Shown: one piece after another, positions 1 to 7,651 of the stretch
How positions within the stretch are numbered: the stretch's first letter is position 1
Layout of the letters: every line of letters begins with the position of its first letter
Assembly (NCBI GenBank): GCA_913043225.1
Contig: CAJWLU010000030.1
Span: 1-32,970 of the forward strand
Reading direction: 5' to 3'
From: an uncultured Acidobacteriota bacterium
GTDB taxonomy: Bacteria > Acidobacteriota > Vicinamibacteria > Vicinamibacterales > UBA8438
Length of the DNA stretch: 32,970 bases
Made by a program: the position numbers and the translations under genes
Notes under the pieces: model-generated
Told to the model about the DNA's origin: nothing
Databases searched by the model: none
What the model saw: only the letters and a program-made list of their open reading frames with translations

Positions 1-73
1 GCGAGAAGGTCGTCAGGCCCCAGCTCTGTCCTTCGGCCGAGTAGTAGTCGGGCGGGGCGCCGACGCTGAGCCC
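1..73 (-). other. In-frame fragment resembling 4-alpha-glucanotransferase (amylomaltase, MalQ/GH77), fused onto tgt; probable chimeric join
   Basis: The frame reads GLSVGAPPDYYSAEGQSWGLTTFS, which matches the GH77 motif GAPPD-x5-GQxWG rather than the Tgt continuation GLSVGE. Confidence 0.7.
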
Positions 74-760
74 GCCGATCGCATAGCCCTCGAAACCGAC
101 TGACACGGTCTCTCGCAGGCTGGCTTCGCGGAGGGACGGGTAGACACTGCCCTGAATGATTCCGAACTGCGCCTGGCCGGGGTTGGTCACCACTCCATCG
201 CAGAGATCGTGGTCCGCAGAAATGGCCAGGAACCGACGGCGCCCACGTTCAGCCCATCGCAGCGTGCGCTCCATCGACGCCCGCGCCGCGGCCTCGTCAA
301 CCGGATAGCTGGTGCATTCGTCGAACACCATCGCGATGTCCGAACCCAGGTTCGCCTGGATATCAGTCGCGGACTCCGGTGTCAGACGCTGCAGACTGCC
401 GTCGAGATGTGAGCGAAACGACACACCATCTTCGTCTATGCGACGGCGATCACCGAGGCTGAAGACCTGATAGCCGCCGCTGTCGGTGAGGATCGGCCGG
501 TCCCAGCCGATAAAGTCATGCAACCCGCCCGCGCGTCCCACCAGGTCGCCCCCTGGACGGAGGTGAAGGTGGTAGGTATTCGCCAGCAAGATCTGGGCAC
601 CTAGGCCGACCAGGTCCCGGTGCGTCACCGACTTGACCGCACCACGTGTTCCAACCGGCGCGAAGGCTGGCGTCTTTATGGCACCGTGGGGCGTGATCAG
701 CACACCCGCGCGGGCGGCCCCGCAGCGATGAGTCACCTCGAAGGAGAAGGCTTCCGGCAC
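1..760 (-). CDS. tgt: Queuine tRNA-ribosyltransferase (tRNA-guanine transglycosylase), 3'-truncated; not in the ORF track because the frame runs off the window edge
   Basis: Manual translation from GTG at 760: MPEAFSFEVTHRCGAARAGVLITPHGAIKTPAFAPVGTRGAVKSV ... ILANTYHL ... TDSGGYQVFSL ... LGSDIAMVFDEC ... FGIIQG ... GYAIGGLSVG. These are all characteristic bacterial Tgt motifs. Tgt similarity stops at about nt 58. Confidence 0.95.
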   Translation of the reverse strand, partial: MPEAFSFEVTHRCGAARAGVLITPHGAIKTPAFAPVGTRGAVKSVTHRDLVGLGAQILLANTYHLHLRPGGDLVGRAGGLHDFIGWDRPILTDSGGYQVFSLGDRRRIDEDGVSFRSHLDGSLQRLTPESATDIQANLGSDIAMVFDECTSYPVDEAAARASMERTLRWAERGRRRFLAISADHDLCDGVVTNPGQAQFGIIQGSVYPSLREASLRETVSVGFEGYAIGGLSVGAPPDYYSAEGQSWGLTTFS

Positions 761-766
761 CGCCGT

Positions 767-772
767 ATACTA
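767..772 (-). promoter_or_regulatory. Putative -10 box (TAGTAT) 6 nt upstream of the tgt GTG; leaderless arrangement
   Basis: The minus strand reads TAGTAT-ACGGCG-GTG, with no Shine-Dalgarno. Confidence 0.5.
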
Positions 773-858
773 CACAGAGTTCCGATGGCAGCTGCCGCGT
801 CCCCTCCTCCTCTCTTGCCGCACCCCATGCCCATAATCCAGGTTCCGGGTCGAGCCGC

Positions 859-2019
859 GTGAAACGTCTTCGGGTCGGTGTGGTGTACGGCGGCCGCTCG
901 AGCGAGCACGAGGTCTCGCTCGCCTCCGCAGCGGCGATCTTTGCCAACTTAGACCGCAACCGCTACGAGCCCGTGCCGATCCGGATCGAGCGGAGCGGGC
1001 GATGGACACTGGCGGAAAAGCCACCGACGGTCGAGTCGGCCGCCGCGACGATTGAAACCGCTCGAGCCGCACGGGCGATCCCTGCCCGCGAGAGCCGCGA
1101 AGTCCATCTAATAGCACGGCCCGGCGAAGAAACCGTGCTCACACTGGACCGGACCGCCGAGCCGGCGGCGGGCGACGAATGCGCCGTCTTGGCTACGCTT
1201 TCCCTCGACGTAATCTTCCCGATCTTGCACGGTCCCTACGGAGAGGACGGCACGCTGCAAGGCTTGCTCGAACTGGCCGATGTCCCGTACGTGGGCGCCG
1301 GGGTCCTTGCCTCAGCCACCGGGATGGACAAGGCCATCATGAAGATCCTGTTCGCCGCGGCGGGGCTCCCGCTGGTACGTCACGATGTCGTGCGACGGCG
1401 CGACTGGCGAGAGGTACCGGACACGGTCGTCGAGCGGCTGGAATCGAAACTCCGCTATCCGTTGTTTGTGAAACCGGCCAACCTCGGCTCGAGCGTGGGC
1501 ATTTCACGGGTGGAAGATATGGAGACGCTGAAGGCTGCGCTCGACCTGGCCGCCAAGTACGACCGGAAGCTCGTAGTCGAGGAAGGCGTTGCTCCTTGTC
1601 GCGAGATCGAGTGCGCCGTAATCGGCAACGACCGGCCGGACACTTCCGTCCTCGGCGAAATCGTTCCATCGGGTCCGTTCTACGACTACGAGGCCAAGTA
1701 TCTGGACGACCGATCGGAGACGATCATCCCCGCGCAGCTCACCGACGCCCAGGCGGCCCGCATCCGTACCATGGCGGTCGACGCCTTCAAGGCGATCGAT
1801 GGCGCGGGTATGGCGCGGGTCGATTTCCTTCTGGCGAGCGACACCGGGGACCTATTCGTCAACGAGATCAACACCCACCCCGGATTCACCACCATTAGCA
1901 TGTTCGCCAAGCTGTGGGACGCCACCGAACTCCCCTACCCGCAGCTGCTCGATCGGCTCATCGAGTTGGCCGCCGAGCGTCACGCCGAGAAGCAAGATAC
2001 CCGTACGACCGTCGGGTGA
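859..2019 (+). CDS. ddl: D-alanine--D-alanine ligase
   Basis: GGRSSEHEVSL, LHGPYGEDG, FVKPANLGSSVG, FYDYEAKY, NEINTHPG motifs. Confidence 0.97.
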   Translation: MKRLRVGVVYGGRSSEHEVSLASAAAIFANLDRNRYEPVPIRIERSGRWTLAEKPPTVESAAATIETARAARAIPARESREVHLIARPGEETVLTLDRTAEPAAGDECAVLATLSLDVIFPILHGPYGEDGTLQGLLELADVPYVGAGVLASATGMDKAIMKILFAAAGLPLVRHDVVRRRDWREVPDTVVERLESKLRYPLFVKPANLGSSVGISRVEDMETLKAALDLAAKYDRKLVVEEGVAPCREIECAVIGNDRPDTSVLGEIVPSGPFYDYEAKYLDDRSETIIPAQLTDAQAARIRTMAVDAFKAIDGAGMARVDFLLASDTGDLFVNEINTHPGFTTISMFAKLWDATELPYPQLLDRLIELAAERHAEKQDTRTTVG

Positions 2020-2103
2020 TCACCGATAAAGTTCGCGGCACTTCGCACCGATAGGACAGGGGCGAAAGCGAGAGTCACTTTTGACTCTTGTGGATGTTTG
2101 TGC

Positions 2104-2131
2104 TTGACACCCAAGATTACTCATCCATAAT
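2104..2131 (+). promoter_or_regulatory. Sigma70-type promoter of the histone-like gene
   Basis: TTGACA (2104-2109), 16 nt spacer, CATAAT (2126-2131); alternatively an 18 nt spacer to TAATCT. It lies in an AT-richer intergenic stretch. Confidence 0.75.
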
Positions 2132-2138
2132 CTACATC

Positions 2139-2215
2139 TGGTATGAGGGTGGGAGGCTCAGCCCACCTGTTGTGATGTTTGGGCACAGGTACTCTCGCTG
2201 AGCGACCACATGCCA
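2139..2215 (+). promoter_or_regulatory. Structured 5' leader (long interrupted hairpin) ending at the Shine-Dalgarno of the histone-like gene
   Basis: Nested complementary segments: TGGTATG 2139-2145 / CATGCCA 2209-2215, GCTCAGC 2156-2162 / GCTGAGC 2197-2203, ACCTGT 2165-2170 / ACAGGT 2185-2190. Confidence 0.5.
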
Positions 2216-2225
2216 AGGAGGAAGA

Positions 2226-2378
2226 ATGGCGAAGAAGGCAGCGAAAAAGGCGACCAGGAAAGTAGCAAAGAAGGCGACGAAGAAGAAGGTCGCGAAGAAG
2301 AAGGTCGCGAAGAAGAAGGTCGCGAAGAAAAAGGTCGCAAAGAAGGCCGCCGCCAAGAAGGGCGCGAAGAAGCGCTAA
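2226..2378 (+). CDS. Small Lys/Ala-rich histone H1-like basic protein, 50 aa (missed by the ORF track)
   Basis: MAKKAAKKATRKVAKKATKKKVAKKKVAKKKVAKKKVAKKAAAKKGAKKR*. Strong SD AAGGAGG at 2215-2221, its own promoter, and a terminator immediately downstream. Confidence 0.88.
   Translation: MAKKAAKKATRKVAKKATKKKVAKKKVAKKKVAKKKVAKKAAAKKGAKKR
2280..2339 (+). repeat. 15-bp tandem repeat, 4 copies, encoding KKKVA
   Basis: AAGAAGAAGGTCGCG x3 exact, plus AAGAAAAAGGTCGCA. Confidence 0.95.
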
Positions 2379-2395
2379 GCTCTTCCGACTTCGAG

Positions 2396-2429
2396 AAAAA
2401 GGGGGCGACCTAGTCGTCCCCTTTTTTTT
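2396..2429. terminator. Bidirectional intrinsic terminator between convergent genes
   Basis: AAAAA-GGGGGCGAC-CTA-GTCGTCCCC-TTTTTTTT: GC hairpin flanked by an A-tract and a T-tract. Confidence 0.92.
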
Positions 2430-2435
2430 GTACGC

Positions 2436-4631
2436 TCACTCCACGCCGTCGAGCGGCTTCACCCCATCCCACACGCGAACCACCTGAATACGGTCGCCCG
2501 GTTCGAGTTGGTCGACGACGTCCATTCCTGAAATCACGTGACCGAAGACCGTGTAGCGCCCTTCGAGCTGCGGCTGCGGACTGGTGGTGATGAAGAACTG
2601 GCTCCCGCCGGTGTCGCCCCAGTCGAGGGCCATCCCCACCGTGCCCCGTAGATAGGGCATCGGCGTCAGCTCGTCGCGCACGGTATAGCCCGGTCCACCC
2701 TGACTGTCGCTTCGTGGATCGCCCATCTGTACCACGTAGTTGGGCACGACCCGATGCACGAGCAACCCGTTGTAGAAACCCGAGCGCCCCAAGCGCATGA
2801 AGTTGTCGGCCGTCATCGGCGTCTCGTTGACCAGAAGCTCGAGCTGAATCGTGCCCCGTTCGGTGTCGATGAAGACGTGCGGCGAGACGGACGGGGTCAC
2901 GAGCGACTCGGCGCGGTACGCCTCGATCGGCAGACGGAGTTGCGCCGGGCGGATCGCCGCCTGAGCGTCGAACGATGGATCCAGCCGGGCAAGATGTTCG
3001 GCAGCCCGTACTCGCACCGCCCAGTCGGAATCAGCCGTCGCCGCCTTGAGGAGATCCGTCGCGGCAGTGCCACCGAGACGCCCGAGCGCATCGACAACTG
3101 CCGCCCGTGCAAGATACGACTCATCATCGGCCGCCGCCCGATAGGCCTCCAGCAGCGGCTCGACGGCATCCCGCACTTCCAACTCGCCCAGCAGCTCGGC
3201 CGCGGTCTTCCGCACCACCACATCGGCGTCGGACAGCAGATAGAGGAGCACCTCACTCGCGTTTGGCGCGCGCACCGCCGCCAACGACTCAAGCGCGGCG
3301 GGCACGACCCGTCGGTCCTCGTCCTCGATGAGCTGGGTCAGCCGGAACGCCGCGACGTCCGCGTCGACCAGTGCGAAGGCCCGAGCCAAGTCGACACGCA
3401 CCCGCCAATCTTCGTCGGGAGGAAGACCTGAGAGGGTGAGGAGAAACAGCTCCGGGTCGAGCCGGGCCAAGCCTCGGAGCGCCGCCCCGCGAAGCGGCCC
3501 CCAACGATGGGTTATCAGCTCGATCATGACATCGGTCGAATCGCTCGCCCCGACGCTAGCCAGGGCTTCGACCAACTCGAGTAACAGAACACGGTCGGCA
3601 ACCGCGTCACGCAGCATGGCACGCAGGGCCGGCGCCGCCTTGTCGTCCCCGAGATCGGCGAGCGCGCGGATCGCGGCCACGATGACGCGCCGATCGCGAC
3701 GTTCGGTGTCGAGGAGGTCGACCAGCGCCGGAAGCGCAGCGGTGTCGCCAAGCGCGCCGAGCGCGCGAGCCGCAATCGAAACCCCGTAGGACCCCTGAAT
3801 ACCAATCAGTGTCTGGAGCGGACCGACCGTCCTCGGATCGCCGACCTGCCATAGCGCCTGCGCGACAGGCCACCACCAGAGGATCGGGTCGCCTTCCTCG
3901 GTGAGCACGGTCGACGCTAGGGCGTCGTATGCCCCGAGTGCCGCAAGGGTATAGATGCCCGAGCGAAACGCCTCGACTCGCGGCGTCAAGGGATAGCCCA
4001 GCTGCTCCGGATCGACCGGATAAGCCTGGGTTACGTGCATCTCGACCATCGACTGCACCGCGTCGATGGCGTCGGTGGCCTGTAAGCGGCCCAAGGCCCT
4101 GGCTGCATGGGCCTGCACGACGGGAGAAACATCACGCAACGCGCCGACCAATGGCTCGATTGCGACCTCGTCACCAAGGAGGCCAAGCCCAAAGGCAGCG
4201 ATCTCGCGGACCTCTGGGACTGGGTCGTCCAGGAGCGACAGCAGCGCGGGCACACCGGCGGGAAGCCCAACCCGGCCGATGGCCAGGCCGGCCCGCCGGC
4301 GGACCGCGCCGCTAGAGTCTTCGGCAAGACGGAGCAGATCCGGCGTGGCACGCGGGGGAGGGGGTGGCACGACTTGCGTCGCCGGGGACGCTCCCTCGGC
4401 AACGGCGGCAGGTTCAGCAGCAACGACCTCCGCGGGGTCAGGCAGGAACGGATCCCGAAGGATCCGCTGGTCCTCAAGCTGGATGATCCAGCTCAGCTTC
4501 TGTTCGTAGGAGACCGGCGGTGGGGCGGGCGGGAGCGGAGGCGGAGCCTGCGCACAACCGGAGGCCCACAGCCCCAGCAGTGCGAGCCCAGCCGCACGAC
4601 CGTCCCAGCACGTGGAGGCAGGCTGCAGCAT
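2436..4631 (-). CDS. Predicted lipoprotein with HEAT/PBS-lyase-like repeats and a C-terminal cyclophilin-type peptidyl-prolyl isomerase domain
   Basis: N-terminal hydrophobic stretch ending LWASGC (lipobox-like). Repeated VRxxAAxALG helices. C-terminal HRVVPNYVVQMGDP, GTVGMA, GGSQFFI, YTVFGHV. Confidence 0.88.
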   Translation of the reverse strand: MLQPASTCWDGRAAGLALLGLWASGCAQAPPPLPPAPPPVSYEQKLSWIIQLEDQRILRDPFLPDPAEVVAAEPAAVAEGASPATQVVPPPPPRATPDLLRLAEDSSGAVRRRAGLAIGRVGLPAGVPALLSLLDDPVPEVREIAAFGLGLLGDEVAIEPLVGALRDVSPVVQAHAARALGRLQATDAIDAVQSMVEMHVTQAYPVDPEQLGYPLTPRVEAFRSGIYTLAALGAYDALASTVLTEEGDPILWWWPVAQALWQVGDPRTVGPLQTLIGIQGSYGVSIAARALGALGDTAALPALVDLLDTERRDRRVIVAAIRALADLGDDKAAPALRAMLRDAVADRVLLLELVEALASVGASDSTDVMIELITHRWGPLRGAALRGLARLDPELFLLTLSGLPPDEDWRVRVDLARAFALVDADVAAFRLTQLIEDEDRRVVPAALESLAAVRAPNASEVLLYLLSDADVVVRKTAAELLGELEVRDAVEPLLEAYRAAADDESYLARAAVVDALGRLGGTAATDLLKAATADSDWAVRVRAAEHLARLDPSFDAQAAIRPAQLRLPIEAYRAESLVTPSVSPHVFIDTERGTIQLELLVNETPMTADNFMRLGRSGFYNGLLVHRVVPNYVVQMGDPRSDSQGGPGYTVRDELTPMPYLRGTVGMALDWGDTGGSQFFITTSPQPQLEGRYTVFGHVISGMDVVDQLEPGDRIQVVRVWDGVKPLDGVE

Positions 4632-4711
4632 CGTTTCGGTAGGGTGCGGCGGTGGCCCAACAGCGCGGGCGCATCATAGCACGCAGGGCCGACGGGACAG
4701 GTCGTCCGGAC

Positions 4712-4720
4712 TGGTATACT
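4712..4720 (+). promoter_or_regulatory. Extended -10 element (TGgTATACT) 10 nt before the kinase start codon
   Basis: Direct motif match in the divergent intergenic region. The opposite-strand TGcTATGAT at 4673-4681 would serve the HEAT/cyclophilin gene. Confidence 0.6.
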
Positions 4721-4730
4721 CGGCGTCACG

Positions 4731-5369
4731 TTGGAGTTCCGCCATATCGCGATCGAGGGCCCGATCGGTGTCGGAAAATCGACGCTCACCCGCCGGCTGG
4801 CCAGCCAACTCGAAGCTCGGGTAGTACTCGACGAGACCGAGAACCCGTTTCTCGCCGATTTAGCCGCCGGCCGCGCCGGCGCCGCCTTCCAAGCGCAGCT
4901 CTTCTCACTGCTGAGCCGTCACCGTCAGCAGACCGAATTGCAGCAATCCAACCTCTTCGACACCCAGACCATCTCCGATTACCTGTTCGCCAAGGACAAG
5001 ATCTACGCTTACCTTAATCTGGACGATAACGAGCTGTTCATCTACCAGCGGCTGTACGACCTGCTGGAGACCGACGTGACCGCCCCCGATCTGGTCGTCT
5101 ACGTACAAATGCCAACCGATACGCTCCAACGACGCGTCCGGTTACGGGAACGGGAGTATCGGGAGAACGGGGAAGCACCGCCCGACGCAGAGTATCTGCG
5201 AGAGCTCAACGAGGCTTACACTCATTTCTTCTTTCACTACACAGCCACCCCGCTGCTGGTCGTCGAAACGTCCCACGTCGATCCGGAGTGGGGAGACGAA
5301 ACCCTGGACGACCTGCTCAAGCAGATACAGACGATGGGGCAAGGCACCCGCTACTACGTCCCACGATAG
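4731..5369 (+). CDS. Deoxynucleoside kinase (dAK/dGK family)
   Basis: IAIEGPIGVGKST P-loop, ENPFL, AFQAQLF, PDLVVY motifs; TTG start. Confidence 0.9.
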   Translation: MEFRHIAIEGPIGVGKSTLTRRLASQLEARVVLDETENPFLADLAAGRAGAAFQAQLFSLLSRHRQQTELQQSNLFDTQTISDYLFAKDKIYAYLNLDDNELFIYQRLYDLLETDVTAPDLVVYVQMPTDTLQRRVRLREREYRENGEAPPDAEYLRELNEAYTHFFFHYTATPLLVVETSHVDPEWGDETLDDLLKQIQTMGQGTRYYVPR

Positions 5370-5421
5370 GCTCCGGGCGACGCCAGCACACGTTTTGTGT
5401 CGGCTGCGGTAAGCTCGGCCC

Positions 5422-6276
5422 GTGGCCAGCGCCTTTGGTACCGCGTGCGATCGGTGCGGACGAGACCTGCTTCGCCAGGACCTCGACACTCACCTGCATG
5501 TCTGCCCCGACTGCGGTCACCATCGACGCCTGGGTGCCCCAGCGCGACTCCGTTCGCTGCTCGACGACGGCGCCTGGAAGGAACACGACGCGGAACTAGC
5601 CTCGACAGACCCGCTCTCCTTCAGCGATCGGCGTACTTACACCGACCGGCTCGCCGACGCGATGGCCGCCACCGGGTTGCGCGATGCCGCCATCGCGGCC
5701 ACGGGCACCATCTGCGGCGTGGACGTAGAAGTCGTAGCGATGGACCACCGCTTCCTGGGTGGCACCCTCGGCATGGTGATCGGCGAGAAAGTCGTCCGAA
5801 CCGCAGACCGGGCTCGCGCCGCCCGCCGCCCGCTGCTACTGGTCTGCGCGTCAAGCGGAGCCCGCATCATGGAGGGAGCGCTGTCGCTCATGCAAATGGC
5901 CAAGATCGGTGTCGCACTCGGGCAACTCGACCGGGACGGCATCCCTCATGTCGCGCTGCTCACGGACCCAACCACGGGCGGCGTGGTGTTGGGCTGTGCA
6001 ATGGGAGCGGACCTGATCCTGGCTGAGCCTGACGCACAGATCGGCTTTACTCCGCCGGCCGCGATCCGGCAGACGACCGGTCACCCACTGCCCAACGGCT
6101 TTCAACGGTCTGAATACCTTCTAGACCATGGGCTGATCGATCTGGTCGTGGACCGTCGCGAATTACGCGGAGTGCTGGGTCGGCTGCTCGGCGTAATCAC
6201 CGATACCACGCCGGCGCCAGAGACCCCTCGCGGGAAACCGCCCGTCGAAAGCGACGACGATCGGCCCAGGAACTGA
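5422..6276 (+). CDS. accD: Acetyl-CoA carboxylase carboxyltransferase beta subunit (divergent)
   Basis: C4 zinc ribbon CDRC..CPDC, DPLSFSD, SSGARIMEG..SLMQMAK, LTDPTTGGV, GFQRSEYLLDHG; located directly upstream of folC, as is usual for accD. Confidence 0.85.
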   Translation: MASAFGTACDRCGRDLLRQDLDTHLHVCPDCGHHRRLGAPARLRSLLDDGAWKEHDAELASTDPLSFSDRRTYTDRLADAMAATGLRDAAIAATGTICGVDVEVVAMDHRFLGGTLGMVIGEKVVRTADRARAARRPLLLVCASSGARIMEGALSLMQMAKIGVALGQLDRDGIPHVALLTDPTTGGVVLGCAMGADLILAEPDAQIGFTPPAAIRQTTGHPLPNGFQRSEYLLDHGLIDLVVDRRELRGVLGRLLGVITDTTPAPETPRGKPPVESDDDRPRN

Positions 6277-6280
6277 GGGT

Positions 6281-7567
6281 GTGACCGCCGCCACCTCACT
6301 CGCTACTCTGGCCCGCCTCGAACGGTTCGGGATCAAGCCGGGACTCGAGGCTATCGGCGCGCTGGTGGCTGCCGACGACCATCCTGAATCCGCCTACCCA
6401 GCGGTACTCGTGGCGGGCACCAACGGCAAAGGATCGACGGTGGCGATGGCCGACCGCGCCCTCCGGGCCGGCGGGCATAGGGTGGGACGCTACACTTCCC
6501 CCCATCTCGTGTCGCTCCAGGAGCGGATCGTCGTCGACGGAAGCCCGATTCCGCACCCGGCGCTCGAGGAGGAAGCGACCAGCCTCCTTTCTCGAGCTGA
6601 TGCACTCGTGGCCCGCGGCCGACTGACCACGCCGCCCACCTTCTTCGAGGCGATCACAGCAATCGCGCTGTCCTGGTTCCGGCGGTGCGAGGTGGACGTC
6701 GCACTACTCGAAGTCGGACTGGGTGGACGATTCGATGCTACGAACATCGTTCCAGCGCGGTGGGGTCTAATAACCGCAATCGGCCTCGATCACCAGGCCT
6801 ACCTGGGCAACACGCTGGAGGCAATCGCCGCCGAGAAAGCCGGAATCATCAAGTCCAACATGACGGTCGTCACTACAGAGGACAGGCTGGCCCTACGGGC
6901 CATCTTCAGCGAGGCGGCCGCTTCCCGGGGCGCCCACTGGGTGGACGCCCACCGGGGGACGGCGCTCAGCCGGGTAGGCGCTGACCGGTTGCAGATCGAG
7001 ACCACCGTGCACGCCTATCCACCGGTCCGGCTGGGACTTACTGGTTTTCACCAGCACCTCAACGCGCTCGGGGCGGTGCGACTCCTCGAGACGATGGACA
7101 GCCACGGAGTGGCCGTGCCACCGTCAGCGATCATGGCGGGGCTCAGAGACGTCGAGTGGCCGGGTCGGCTGCAGCGCGTCGTGTCCGAGGGACGCACGAT
7201 CTGGCTCGATGCCGCCCACAACCCGGCCGCCGCCGCGGCGCTGGCAGCACACCTTCAAGAGTCGGGAGCCGCCCCGCTGCCAATCGTGCTGGCGATCATG
7301 GACGACAAGGACGCCGAAGGCATCGTGCGGGCCCTGGCTCCAATCGCGAGCCGATTCGTCTGCACGGCGCCCGACACCCCGCGCGCCATTCCGTCGACCA
7401 GTCTCGCTCGACTGGTCTCCAACTTGGTCCGCCCGACCCCCGTTCGGACGGCGGCTACCCCCGCCGCCGCGCTCCGGTGGGATCGAGTCGAGGCGGACAC
7501 GGTGTGTGTCACCGGATCGATCTTCCTGGTCGGGGAGATGCTGAGGAAGCTGGACGAAGGCCCGTGA
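6281..7567 (+). CDS. folC: Bifunctional folylpolyglutamate synthase/dihydrofolate synthase
   Basis: VAGTNGKGST, YTSPHL, EVGLGGRFDATN, WPGRLQ, DAAHNP, TGSIFLVGE. Confidence 0.95.
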   Translation: MTAATSLATLARLERFGIKPGLEAIGALVAADDHPESAYPAVLVAGTNGKGSTVAMADRALRAGGHRVGRYTSPHLVSLQERIVVDGSPIPHPALEEEATSLLSRADALVARGRLTTPPTFFEAITAIALSWFRRCEVDVALLEVGLGGRFDATNIVPARWGLITAIGLDHQAYLGNTLEAIAAEKAGIIKSNMTVVTTEDRLALRAIFSEAAASRGAHWVDAHRGTALSRVGADRLQIETTVHAYPPVRLGLTGFHQHLNALGAVRLLETMDSHGVAVPPSAIMAGLRDVEWPGRLQRVVSEGRTIWLDAAHNPAAAAALAAHLQESGAAPLPIVLAIMDDKDAEGIVRALAPIASRFVCTAPDTPRAIPSTSLARLVSNLVRPTPVRTAATPAAALRWDRVEADTVCVTGSIFLVGEMLRKLDEGP

Positions 7568-7651
7568 TATTCTTTGGTCGTTACCTACACGCTGGATGAC
7601 CTTACTGCCGTCCAGGCCGTTTCGGTACTACCAGCGCCCCGCCTACGGTCG

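Noticed and set aside
2280..2339. Tandem repeat considered as a CRISPR array
   Set aside because: Contiguous 15-bp coding repeats with no spacers, and no cas genes.
2132..2413. ORF-track calls 2132..2356 (-), 2158..2340 (-) and 2210..2413 (+) with FFATF, RPSSS or GREEE repeats
   Set aside because: These are alternative-frame readings of the KKKVA repeat. Only ATG 2226 has a properly spaced SD and ends just before the terminator.
7574..7651. TTG-initiated extension of lptD
   Set aside because: A normal signal peptide begins at ATG 7652.
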